Source of the DNA: a virus
Taxonomy: Duplodnaviria; Caudoviricetes
Direction: 5' to 3' (one strand)
Virus record (IMG/VR): IMGVR_UViG_3300014204_000110
Length of the DNA stretch: 64,000 bases
The stretch's first letter is position 1; each line of letters opens with the position of its first letter. A program made the translations under genes and the position numbers. Under the pieces are notes generated by a model. That model was not told the DNA's origin, did no database searches, and saw only the letters and a program-made list of their open reading frames with translations. This document shows, one piece after another, positions 22,804-32,264 of this stretch.

Positions 22804-23047
22804 TAATTATCCAGTATTGTCTCAAGAATTAAATGATAAATTTATGTCTAATTATGAACATCTTGTTTACTTACTTGGACAAAAAATTGATGGATATAAT
22901 AAATATTCTGGAGTATATGATGTTTTAGAACTTGCTTGTTCTGGATATGTTATTAGTTTTAGTGGAATTCCTTCTGTATATAATGATAAATTTACTGATA
23001 TTTTAAAATTTGATTATATTTATAGAAAACATTTTAAAGAAATATAG
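22796..23047 (+). CDS. hypothetical protein
   Basis: 83 aa; AAGGA RBS. Confidence 0.5.
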   Translation: MRNNYPVLSQELNDKFMSNYEHLVYLLGQKIDGYNKYSGVYDVLELACSGYVISFSGIPSVYNDKFTDILKFDYIYRKHFKEI

Positions 23048-23055
23048 GAGTATTT

Positions 23056-23808
23056 ATGATACCTACTGACCAACTTGTGGCTTATCCAATAACTAAAGAA
23101 CTTGGATATAGAGAAAATATTAATTCTAATGAACTTAATGAAACTATTAGATCTCTAGAAGAATCGGTTTTAAGAGCAATAATTAGAAGTACTCAACTCA
23201 CTGAAAAAATAAATATGTTAAATTTAGCAGTAACTTCAGCATATACTGCTCTTGGTAAATCTAGTCAAATGTATACTTCTTATCCGACTACTAGTGATAT
23301 TATAAGTTCAACATCATTTGTTGGAACAGCTTATGCTACTTCATTTGGAGATGTATCAGGAGTAAGACAAGATATTGTTAATGGAATTACTACTTTAGAT
23401 TGGAATAATAATAAAAAATTATCTAAAATTCCTGTATATAATGGAATTGTTTCTTCTAATACTAAAATATACGTTGATGGAACTTTACGATCTAATGATG
23501 ATGTTGTATATAATCTTGTAGATCTAGATGATTCTACATTTTGGATTGAATCAGCAACTGCTGGAGAACATAATGTTCAAATAGTAATTCCTCCTTCAAC
23601 ATCAAAAACATTTAATTATCTAAAAATTATTCCATTTCCAATATTTGGTATAGAAATAACAAGAATTGAATATAGTGATTTACAAAATAAAGCACAAGTT
23701 ATATATCCAACAAAAGAAAATTCTTTTTATTCTAAAGCTGGTCCATTAGTATTTCATTTATCACCAAGAGAATATAATAATAGTATTAATATCGTTTTAA
23801 TGTTCTAG
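23056..23808 (+). CDS. hypothetical structural protein (possibly continuous with 23823..24227 through a -1 shift)
   Basis: AGGAG RBS; 250 aa. Confidence 0.5.
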   Translation: MIPTDQLVAYPITKELGYRENINSNELNETIRSLEESVLRAIIRSTQLTEKINMLNLAVTSAYTALGKSSQMYTSYPTTSDIISSTSFVGTAYATSFGDVSGVRQDIVNGITTLDWNNNKKLSKIPVYNGIVSSNTKIYVDGTLRSNDDVVYNLVDLDDSTFWIESATAGEHNVQIVIPPSTSKTFNYLKIIPFPIFGIEITRIEYSDLQNKAQVIYPTKENSFYSKAGPLVFHLSPREYNNSINIVLMF

Positions 23809-23822
23809 AAGGTATTAATGTA

Positions 23823-24227
23823 ATGGGGTTTTCAATTATAGATATATGTTCTATTGATTACTTAAATAATATAAATACTGTATATCTTAAATTTGAAAAT
23901 ATTCCAGATGTTGATGTATATGGAAATACTGTTAGTGAAATTAATCCAGTATCAATAGATATTGATTTTTACGTCGATGGAGTTTTAAATGAATCTTATG
24001 ATAATTGTATTGCTGAATTTTCTTTAGTTCCATCAGTTAATTCTGGAACAAGTGTTGGACTATCTAGAATACGTGGATTTCAAAATATACCATCAACGAG
24101 TATAACTTTAGGTACATTTAATGGTAAAAACACATTATATCTTAAATGTGTAATGAATGGTATTAATAATACAACTCCTGTTATAAGAGGAGCTAAATTA
24201 AATTATACATATGGAACAATAGTGTAA
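23823..24227 (+). CDS. hypothetical protein or C-terminal half of the previous gene
   Basis: 134 aa; frame is open from 23790. Confidence 0.45.
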   Translation: MGFSIIDICSIDYLNNINTVYLKFENIPDVDVYGNTVSEINPVSIDIDFYVDGVLNESYDNCIAEFSLVPSVNSGTSVGLSRIRGFQNIPSTSITLGTFNGKNTLYLKCVMNGINNTTPVIRGAKLNYTYGTIV

Positions 24228-24236
24228 GAGGTAAAA

Positions 24237-24593
24237 ATGTTAACAACTGAACAAATTGAAGTAAAATTAAATAATCTTGATCAGAAAATAAAAGGAGTTG
24301 TTGTTTTAATAGAACGATTAAGTTCTGATATTTCTGCTAAGACTAATATTACAGATTTAAATAGGAATGTTAGTGAATTAAGAGATTTAATTAAAGATAA
24401 TGCAACATTTATAGGGTCGCTTGAGGAAAAGTTGGCTAAAATAATATTACCAGAAGAAACAAGATATTATCTTAACGAGGGTGAGGTAAGTTCTTTTCAA
24501 TCTAATTTTAATACATTAAAAGCAATGATGAATAAAATGGATACTTTATATAAAAATATTGTAAATTATCAAAGTAATTTAATGAACGCTTAA
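24237..24593 (+). CDS. coiled-coil hypothetical protein, last gene of the + block
   Basis: GAGGT RBS; heptad pattern. Confidence 0.55.
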   Translation: MLTTEQIEVKLNNLDQKIKGVVVLIERLSSDISAKTNITDLNRNVSELRDLIKDNATFIGSLEEKLAKIILPEETRYYLNEGEVSSFQSNFNTLKAMMNKMDTLYKNIVNYQSNLMNA

Positions 24594-24805
24594 TTTAATA
24601 TTTATATTTTGTATAAGTTCTATGAATTTATCTTCTTTAAGAAGTAATGTATTATGAAGTGTATTGAATGGTATATTTTTAATAGCTGAATCAATAATCA
24701 TTAATTCAACTCTAGAATAACTTTTAGTTTTTAAATCTATAAAAAAATCTATAGGAGTCTTATATTTATTTATAGACTCCTTGATTTTATTTTGAAATTT
24801 AGTTA

Positions 24806-25012
24806 TTATTTTATTTTTAGTGGTTTGTAGTGTGGACATTGTTCTACTGAAATTAATATGTTTAATTTTGATATATTTATAAATGTTGATATTAATGCAC
24901 AAATTTGAGAAGTTCTACATATTGAACATCTTTTAGGTATAACTAATTCGTTTGGTAATATATCAAGATCTGATTCATCTTTTATAAATAAATCATCAAG
25001 TATGCTGTTCAA
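24806..25012 (-). CDS. small Cys-rich hypothetical protein
   Basis: CSIC..C...CPHY. Confidence 0.4.
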   Translation of the reverse strand: MNSILDDLFIKDESDLDILPNELVIPKRCSICRTSQICALISTFINISKLNILISVEQCPHYKPLKIK

Positions 25013-25592
25013 TTTTAGAGTCCTTGATTAAATTGTAATCTAGAATTTCTTTATGATTTAACCACTTTCTCTTTTTTAATAATCGTTTTGCTCTTAAAAT
25101 AGATAAGTCTAATTGTTCAGCAGTATATTTTATGTAATTATCATATATTTCTTTTTCTTCAGTTTTATCTGCTTTAAGACGTTCTTCATATGTGCATTCA
25201 TCACCTATTGTTATATGTGAGTGTACAAATACTCTACAACTTGGAAATATTGTTCTTATATCACCAACTATAAATATAAAAAATCCAGCAGAAGCGATCT
25301 CACCAAGCGCATATGTTTCTAGAGTAAGTTTATACTTATGTTTTATATATAAAAGAAAATCAATAATAGCAAAACAATGTGCAAGATATCCACCTTGAGA
25401 TGTTATATAAATTTTAACATCTTTAATTTCATCAAGATCCTCTTGTAATAATGTAGATATAGTATCATTTGATACTTCTTCATTAATTTCTCCAACAATG
25501 TATATACTTATTGAATCGTCGTCTTTTACTACTGTTGTTAATCCAGGAGAATCTACAATAGTTTCCATGATATCATTTAGTTGCTTTGTCAT
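24996..25592 (-). CDS. clpP: ClpP-like protease subunit
   Basis: IYIVGEI, YITSQGG, GEIASAG (catalytic Ser), VFVH (catalytic His). Confidence 0.8.
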   Translation of the reverse strand: MTKQLNDIMETIVDSPGLTTVVKDDDSISIYIVGEINEEVSNDTISTLLQEDLDEIKDVKIYITSQGGYLAHCFAIIDFLLYIKHKYKLTLETYALGEIASAGFFIFIVGDIRTIFPSCRVFVHSHITIGDECTYEERLKADKTEEKEIYDNYIKYTAEQLDLSILRAKRLLKKRKWLNHKEILDYNLIKDSKIEQHT

Positions 25593-25603
25593 AGATGTCT
25601 TTC

Positions 25604-25882
25604 TTATTTAGGATTTTGATATCTTGATATAGATTTATTTATAAAACATCCCACTCTAGAACAAACTGTTTGATCTATACCTCTTGGCCAATCCTCTTTA
25701 TCCATAAATTTAACACATACTGTTGATGAAACACTTGTATTAAGCAAAGGACACTTAATCTTACCTTTAAGTTCTATCTTGGCTCTAGAACCCTTAATTT
25801 CTGGACCTACAAACATCTCGTTATAGTGAATTTCACTTCTTTTTGAATATATACTATCAATTAGTTCTTTGTTGTATTTCAT
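25604..25882 (-). CDS. hypothetical Cys-containing protein
   Basis: 92-aa ORF within the operon. Confidence 0.45.
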   Translation of the reverse strand: MKYNKELIDSIYSKRSEIHYNEMFVGPEIKGSRAKIELKGKIKCPLLNTSVSSTVCVKFMDKEDWPRGIDQTVCSRVGCFINKSISRYQNPK

Positions 25883-25883
25883 A

Positions 25884-27032
25884 TTACCTTCTGTATTTAT
25901 CTATTACAGTTATAAGTTTTTGAGTAGATTTATTCCAACTATAGTTATTAGCCATAAAATCTGCTAAAGCCTCGCTCTTATTAGTATATTTTGTTTGATC
26001 ATTAAAAGTTTCTTCAAGTTTAGATACATAATTATCTATATTAATATCTAACCAGTCTCCTTGATCACTTTTAAACCAAAAACCATCTTCAGCAGTAACA
26101 TATCCATTAGATTGAACTATAAGGTCTGTCTGTATATCTGGAGATCCTGGCACATATTCATTATGTCCAGTACAAAGAGTTGTAATTGTAGGAAGTCCAC
26201 AACCCATGTTTTGACTAAGACATAAATTCCATCCTTCAGAACGACTTATACTTATACCAACATTAGCTGAATGTATTAAAGATGGAACATTACATACTGG
26301 TATTGTAGGAGTAGTAAAATAAATATCACAAGATTTATATGTGAAAAGATGAGCTTTACCATTAAATCCTTTATATTCAAATCCATGCATTGTAGGATTA
26401 ACACCAGTCCAACAATTTAAATTCTTAAAAGGATGATCTTGAACATTATTTATAAAAGGATTAAAAGTATGACATATAAGTGCTACTTCTCGTTCTTTCA
26501 TGAGATTAATAAATGTTCTGATAGTAACGTCAGTATTCTTACGTTCTTCTCTTTTACCAGATGTTATATATGTGAACTTCTTTGTATCGATGTATTTATC
26601 TACTGGTATTGTATTAAATAGTGTATCATCAATACCTTCATTTATGACTTCGATAGGTTTAGAAAAATTATATTGTTCAAGAAGTTTTTTATGCTCTTCT
26701 GTTGTTGTAAGAATAATATCTGTTGGACCATTCTCAAGCATATGTCTAGAAACTTCTTTAAGTTTAGTTGTTTCAAAGATTGAGAAGGTAAGAAGAGGTG
26801 AACCACAAGCTTGGTTCGATAGGTTATCATGGAAGCAAAATATACTTGGAGATTTATAATCAAATTTTGTTGAAGTTGCATGTTTGAAATACATCTCATA
26901 GAAAGGATCAAGTTCAACTTGTCCAATTGGAGTAAGATTAACTTCTTGTCCATTTTCTATAAGAGCTTTTAAAATGTTTAGATTATGTAAAGAATATCCA
27001 AGATTTCCGACACTGCCATAAAGGTTGATCAT
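25884..27032 (-). CDS. GT-B (GT4-like) glycosyltransferase
   Basis: GKREERKN; SRSEGWNLCLSQNMGCGLPTITT. Confidence 0.85.
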   Translation of the reverse strand: MINLYGSVGNLGYSLHNLNILKALIENGQEVNLTPIGQVELDPFYEMYFKHATSTKFDYKSPSIFCFHDNLSNQACGSPLLTFSIFETTKLKEVSRHMLENGPTDIILTTTEEHKKLLEQYNFSKPIEVINEGIDDTLFNTIPVDKYIDTKKFTYITSGKREERKNTDVTIRTFINLMKEREVALICHTFNPFINNVQDHPFKNLNCWTGVNPTMHGFEYKGFNGKAHLFTYKSCDIYFTTPTIPVCNVPSLIHSANVGISISRSEGWNLCLSQNMGCGLPTITTLCTGHNEYVPGSPDIQTDLIVQSNGYVTAEDGFWFKSDQGDWLDINIDNYVSKLEETFNDQTKYTNKSEALADFMANNYSWNKSTQKLITVIDKYRR

Positions 27033-27224
27033 ATAATTACTTACGTTAAGGTGAGATTATTTCTTAAATATTGTATAAAACATTCTAGATCGCAAAACAT
27101 ATTATTATATTCTATATAATGCATATTATTAGGAGTATATATAAATGTTCCTTTAAGATCATCATTTTGAATTGATAATCCTTTATTTTCTTCTATTATT
27201 TTATTACAGTGAGTACAATTCATA

Positions 27225-27485
27225 TTAGTTTTTATATATTCCAATAATGTGGCATTCTCTAATAGTGTAGTATAATATATTATCTACTTCAAGAGGTGTC
27301 GCGTCACACTTATAAAACAAAACTACTTTTCCTACTTCAGTGATTTTAACATTAGGACCGATTGCTTCTATACGTCCATATTGCCAAGGATTACTGTCAT
27401 GACCTGTTAGTATAATTCCACCACTAGCTTTTTTTTCAATAAGTGTAACTATAATTCTATCATTTGCTGCTATTAAGTTTATCAT
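27225..27485 (-). CDS. groES: co-chaperonin GroES
   Basis: NDRIIV...ASGGIILTG...GRIEAIGP...VGKVVLF. Confidence 0.85.
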   Translation of the reverse strand: MINLIAANDRIIVTLIEKKASGGIILTGHDSNPWQYGRIEAIGPNVKITEVGKVVLFYKCDATPLEVDNILYYTIRECHIIGIYKN

Positions 27486-28482
27486 CTTTTAATTCCTTTT
27501 TAAGTATTTCAACAATTTTAATTGAACTGTCTCCAGATCCAAATGGACATATATAATCATCTAATTTTTTATTTAACATTCTTCTAAATGATACTGGTAA
27601 AAATTCTGGTGTCTTACACAGGCTCGCATTCAGCCACAAGGCTTCTTGTCTCTCTGTGCAACGTCTTGCAACTATTATTTTTCTTTTCAAAAAACAAGCT
27701 TCTTCTTGAATACCACCACTATCACTTATTATTAATATACTTTTTTTAATTTCAATAATCAAGTCTTCTCTACTTAAAGGCTTAATTATTTTAACCTTCG
27801 GTATAAGATGCTTAAACTTTTGTATCTCTGGATTAGGATGCATTGGAAATATAAACTCATATTGTGGATACCATCGTGTAAGCTTGTCTATTTGAATGAA
27901 CCATTGATCTAAGATTGGCAAGTTCTCTCTACGATGCATTGTAATTAATACTTTATTTTCTTGTGGTATTGGAGTAGGATCAATAGTATCTAAAACGGTG
28001 TTACCGACCATATAAATTGGTTTCCTTATACCCTCAGAACGTATGTTAAAACAATTCTGCTTGGTAGCACAGAAATGATATGAAGCAATAGAACTTATCA
28101 TTCTACGTAATGCTTCTTCTGGATATGGATTTTCAATGTCCCATGATCTCATTCCCGATTCCAGATATAGAATCGGAATATTTCTTGTAAAAGCAGCTAA
28201 TGCTGTAGCGTATGCAGTTACTGTATCACCTTGGACTAAAACATGTGTACAACCTTCTAAGATATCATTTTCTTGATCTAAAATGTTGAGTACTACGTTA
28301 TTAAGTCTATTAGTAGATATGTCTCCTAAAGTGATTGTAACGTGTTCTGGCAGGTCTGGAATAAGATCTGTGTGTTGAGTTATATAGATAAGTTTAAATG
28401 GTATATTAGCTGCTTTAAGATGAGGTATAAGTGGAAGTATTTTTATAATCTCGGGGCGTGTACCGAATATTAAATGAATCAT
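27460..28482 (-). CDS. wecB: UDP-N-acetylglucosamine 2-epimerase (non-hydrolysing)
   Basis: FGTRPEIIK, VQGDT, ESGMRS, PEE, HRREN, DSGGIQEEA. Confidence 0.95.
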   Translation of the reverse strand: MIHLIFGTRPEIIKILPLIPHLKAANIPFKLIYITQHTDLIPDLPEHVTITLGDISTNRLNNVVLNILDQENDILEGCTHVLVQGDTVTAYATALAAFTRNIPILYLESGMRSWDIENPYPEEALRRMISSIASYHFCATKQNCFNIRSEGIRKPIYMVGNTVLDTIDPTPIPQENKVLITMHRRENLPILDQWFIQIDKLTRWYPQYEFIFPMHPNPEIQKFKHLIPKVKIIKPLSREDLIIEIKKSILIISDSGGIQEEACFLKRKIIVARRCTERQEALWLNASLCKTPEFLPVSFRRMLNKKLDDYICPFGSGDSSIKIVEILKKELKDDKLNSSK

Positions 28483-28816
28483 TATAATTTATTTTCTTGA
28501 AGGAAGTGAAATAATAAATCCAAGTATTGTACCAAATATAGTAGCAGGAAGACCAAGCATACAAAATGCTAATGCTCCAAGTAACATAGAAGTTATAGTT
28601 TTATCAATTTGTTTGAATGTAATCATAAACTCTTTTTCCATTTTCAACGTATTGATTATTTCTAGGATCATTTTCTTTAAAATACTTAAAATCTTCTAGA
28701 ATTCCTGTAATAGGATTACCATCTAGATCAGTATAAATATTTAAATCATAATCAAAATGATTAATAAATGTCCATTCATTATATTTATATATTTTCATAT
28801 TGTTCTTTACAAATAA

Positions 28817-28904
28817 TAGCGGTGGATGGATTTGAACCATCGAACTCCTTGTGGGAGTTTGGATTTATGAGACCCATGACCTTGGCCAGCTAGTCGACAC
28901 CGCA
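28817..28904 (-). tRNA. tRNA with CAU anticodon (Met/fMet/Ile2-like) and atypical long variable arm
   Basis: TGCGGTG/CACCGCT acceptor, GACT/GGTC D-stem, TGGGT-CTCATAA-ATCCA, AACTCC-CACAA-GGAGTT arm, GATGG-TTCAAAT-CCATC; CCA not encoded. Confidence 0.85.
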
Positions 28905-28911
28905 GTAATAT

Positions 28912-29148
28912 TTAGTTATCTTCTTTAAGTTTATCTAATTGTTCAGATAGTATATTATTTACCATTTGATTTAATGTAATATCTTCTTCATGAGCTTTTG
29001 TAGCTAGAAATATAAAATCTTCATCAGATAGTTCTATTTCAATAGACTTTTTATTTTCATCTTCACATAGTTCTATGATAAGATCACATAGATCATCATT
29101 TACTTCAAATTCAATACCATCATTAATTTTTATTTTGTTACTAGACAT
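28912..29148 (-). CDS. small ribbon-helix-helix-like DNA-binding protein
   Basis: IELSDEDF..LA.KAHE.DITLNQMV..IL; start moved to MSSNK because the longer ORF runs into a tRNA. Confidence 0.55.
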   Translation of the reverse strand: MSSNKIKINDGIEFEVNDDLCDLIIELCEDENKKSIEIELSDEDFIFLATKAHEEDITLNQMVNNILSEQLDKLKEDN

Positions 29149-29167
29149 ATTGCTTCTTTCTTTTAAA

Positions 29168-29244
29168 TGGTTCCTGCGGAGGAATTCGAATCCTCGTTTC
29201 AAGAGTCACGATCTTGTGTCCTAACCAACTAGACGACAACAGGC
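29168..29244 (-). tRNA. atypical tRNA, GUG anticodon (His by anticodon) on a Glu-like body
   Basis: GTCT-AGTTGGTT-AGGAC D-arm, CAAGA-TCGTGAC-TCTTG, GAGGA-TTCGAAT-TCCTC, encoded CCA; imperfect acceptor stem. Confidence 0.7.
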
Positions 29245-29252
29245 TTAATTAT

Positions 29253-29612
29253 TTATTCAGATCTATGATTACCTTTAACTTCAAGATAACCTTCATTTGT
29301 TTCTTGTTGAATTCTATTTTTAATAGATATTCTTATCTTATTTTTATCTCTTATAGCTAAAGCACGTTTCCCTACTTCTTCAAGACCAAGTTTATCCTCT
29401 AAAAAATTTCTAATATCTGCCTCTAAATCCCATATCTGACCATTAATATCTTTAAGTTCTCTAAACCATTTGTCTTCATAAGGACATTTAAATTCTTTAA
29501 GAGCGTTTACAAGGTCATTATATTCTTTTATGATTCTATTATCTTTTAAACGTTCAATTTTAAGTATTACAATACTAAGTCTATCAAGTATTTCTGGAAG
29601 TGGATATTGCAT
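29253..29612 (-). CDS. DUF6165-like helical protein
   Basis: EILDRLSI..LKIER...L..IN.QIWDLE.DIR...A..I...N..R..IK..I. Confidence 0.65.
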   Translation of the reverse strand: MQYPLPEILDRLSIVILKIERLKDNRIIKEYNDLVNALKEFKCPYEDKWFRELKDINGQIWDLEADIRNFLEDKLGLEEVGKRALAIRDKNKIRISIKNRIQQETNEGYLEVKGNHRSE

Positions 29613-29621
29613 AAAATCTTT

Positions 29622-30674
29622 CTAGAAGAAGTTATAAAACATTCGGTCTTTAATAATTACATTCTCATATATTTCGTTTACTGATGAAAATGTGCATCTT
29701 GGGCACTGTTTTACATCTATTGAATTATGTATATTTTTATGTTTTTCTGATCCCCATATATTACTTTCAGATATATTTCCAAGTTCAATTGAATTATCAC
29801 CACGACGATCACAGCATAATCCAATTGTTCCATCAAAACTTATATAACATGTTGTTAAACATGTATAACATTTATTAAAGGTTAGTTTAGGAGACCAATT
29901 TTCAGAAAATTTATTAACTACTGAAAATATTTTAAAATTATCATCTTCAAAATCTGATCTTGCTCTATTAATTTGTTCTTCTACAATTTTAATGATATTT
30001 TCATTAAATCGTATCATATTTCTATCAAACCAAGGATCACTTCCTGGACGCATATGAAAAAGATCACAACCAATATTTTTAGCTAATTTGATAGCATCAT
30101 ATATTTCATTATAATTTGTTGGTAAAAGTAGATATTTATAACATATTTCAAGACCTTTAGAGGTTATATTAGATATATTTCTTATAACAGTATTAAATAT
30201 GTCTTCATTAACTCCTTTTACTACTGAAAATGTTTTAGATGTTGCACAATCTACTGATATTCCTAAATAATCGCATTTTAATATAGTTTCAATATTTTTA
30301 TTTAATTTTACACCATTTGTTACAAAAGCTATTTGAATATTATTTTCTTTTAATTGATCAATAAGATAATAAGTATTATCATTAGTTAAAGGCTCCCCAC
30401 CACCCCCAATACAAATCGATGCTGTAAACCATTGATTTTTAAAGACTTGTATTAATTGATCTACTGTTTCTTTGGACATCATACCTTGTTTAGTTTGTAG
30501 TGCTTCTGCGGCATTGCAGTGTTTACAATTGAGTTGACAAATAGCACTAGGATCTACTGAAACAAATAATGGTGGAGCAATTGTATTGGTATCATATGCT
30601 TTTTTCCAATATGGAACATGTACAAGTGCTTTCATACTATTAAACGAATTATATTTATTATGCCACTCTTTCAT
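29622..30674 (-). CDS. radical SAM protein with SPASM/Twitch domain (in glycan island)
   Basis: CQLNCKHC, GGGEP, VTNG; C-terminal C...ISFDGTIGLCC...CPRC. Confidence 0.9.
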   Translation of the reverse strand: MKEWHNKYNSFNSMKALVHVPYWKKAYDTNTIAPPLFVSVDPSAICQLNCKHCNAAEALQTKQGMMSKETVDQLIQVFKNQWFTASICIGGGGEPLTNDNTYYLIDQLKENNIQIAFVTNGVKLNKNIETILKCDYLGISVDCATSKTFSVVKGVNEDIFNTVIRNISNITSKGLEICYKYLLLPTNYNEIYDAIKLAKNIGCDLFHMRPGSDPWFDRNMIRFNENIIKIVEEQINRARSDFEDDNFKIFSVVNKFSENWSPKLTFNKCYTCLTTCYISFDGTIGLCCDRRGDNSIELGNISESNIWGSEKHKNIHNSIDVKQCPRCTFSSVNEIYENVIIKDRMFYNFF

Positions 30675-31575
30675 CTCTATCCTTTATTTTATTAAAAATT
30701 ACTTCACTATCGTAATTTAAAACTTTATTATATGCTTTATCTATTATACTTGTATAATTATTATAGTTTAAAGTTATATCAATTATTAACTTTTTTAATT
30801 CTTCTATCGATTTCCAATATATAAATTCATCTTTATTAAACCAATATTCCATTACATTCCAAGTATCGTATTTAATTAAATTTAATGTTTTACATGCTGC
30901 TGCTTCTATGACTCTACTTTTAAATTGTGGAATATAATAATCTTGAAGATTAGAAAAAGCTATATTATCATTCCAATTTTTATAAGTTTTTATGTTATTA
31001 ACGTGATAATCGTTTATTGGACAAGCGTTTATAGTAATATTAATTTTTGATTGTTTAAGTAATTTCCATTTGCTGATTGTTGGAATATTAAAATGTGTTT
31101 GAAGTCTATGAGTTTGTAATGTTGTAAAAATGTATTTAAATTCTGGTAATAAATTAATTATATTTTCTTGTTCTTGATTAGTTATATTACCTTGGTATAT
31201 AACATCAAACATTTTATTTTCATCTTTAATTACACTATTAAGATACTTAATATTCATTGGAAAAGCAATAGGAAAATACTTTTTCTTATCTTTATTTAAC
31301 CAATCAGCAGTATAAGGACATATTGTATAAATTTTATCAAAGTATTCTTGAGAAGAAATAGCATTGGATGTTGATGTAAAAGCACAAGGAGCTTCTAGAT
31401 TGAGATATATTTTTCGTTTATAGTCTTTATATTTTAATTTAAGATTTTCGTTTATAGATGTATTATAACCCTGAAATAATATTTCTTCTTGTGAGTTATC
31501 ATTATATAAGTTATAAAAATAATAATTATTTAATGCATCTGGATATTCACCAGTTTTATCATGAATAACTTTCAT
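30658..31575 (-). CDS. GT-B glycosyltransferase-like protein (CgeB-type C-terminus)
   Basis: FDVIYQG, SKINIT, KSRVIEAAACK. Confidence 0.65.
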   Translation of the reverse strand: MKVIHDKTGEYPDALNNYYFYNLYNDNSQEEILFQGYNTSINENLKLKYKDYKRKIYLNLEAPCAFTSTSNAISSQEYFDKIYTICPYTADWLNKDKKKYFPIAFPMNIKYLNSVIKDENKMFDVIYQGNITNQEQENIINLLPEFKYIFTTLQTHRLQTHFNIPTISKWKLLKQSKINITINACPINDYHVNNIKTYKNWNDNIAFSNLQDYYIPQFKSRVIEAAACKTLNLIKYDTWNVMEYWFNKDEFIYWKSIEELKKLIIDITLNYNNYTSIIDKAYNKVLNYDSEVIFNKIKDRDERVA

Positions 31576-32264
31576 TTTACAAAGATCATTCCATAATTTA
31601 TACGTCGATATATATCTGAAGTTTTAAGTAATTCAAATGTTATTTCTTCGTAGTTATAATAACTTGTTGGTTCTTCTAGATATGCATCTCCTCGATCATT
31701 AAAAGTTATTTTACTTATATCTTTTATGTTATCTATATAACCTATAATTCCAAATTTAGTATATTTTAAATCAAATAGATATCTTATACATTTCAAAGCT
31801 TCATCTAATAATTCTTCATGCCATTCAAAGCATATCTTATTTTGTTTAGATGTAAGACCTTGTAAGACTGAATATTCATAGCCTTCAACGTCTATTTTAA
31901 TAATATCAGGAGATCCATATTGTTTAATAAGTGTATCTAGAGTAATTGTATCTATATTTTGAACAGTTGGCCAAGTTACTACATTTTGAGTAGCTTGTAA
32001 GTTCTTACTTCCAAGTACAAATCTAGATTGATTTATAAATTTATCTGAAGCTGTAGAAATACCATCATTACCTTGGCTACCAATGTAAAATGTTTTAGTT
32101 TCATTATCTTTGTTTGAGACTAATTTATTTATATATGTAATATTTTTATGTCTTGAATTTAATGTATTGTTTGCTTCTATTGCAATAATTTCACAATCTG
32201 GATATAATTCTAGACATCGATCTGTAAAATTACCTTTATTATAACCTATATCAAATATTTTCAT
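31572..32264 (-). CDS. FkbM-family methyltransferase
   Basis: FDIGYNKG, IEAN, TITLDTL, IKIDVEGYE. Confidence 0.9.
   Translation of the reverse strand: MKIFDIGYNKGNFTDRCLELYPDCEIIAIEANNTLNSRHKNITYINKLVSNKDNETKTFYIGSQGNDGISTASDKFINQSRFVLGSKNLQATQNVVTWPTVQNIDTITLDTLIKQYGSPDIIKIDVEGYEYSVLQGLTSKQNKICFEWHEELLDEALKCIRYLFDLKYTKFGIIGYIDNIKDISKITFNDRGDAYLEEPTSYYNYEEITFELLKTSDIYRRINYGMIFVK

Noticed and set aside
28799-29202. ORF-track starts at 28840 and 29202
   Set aside because: Both extensions run into tRNA genes; downstream ATGs are more plausible
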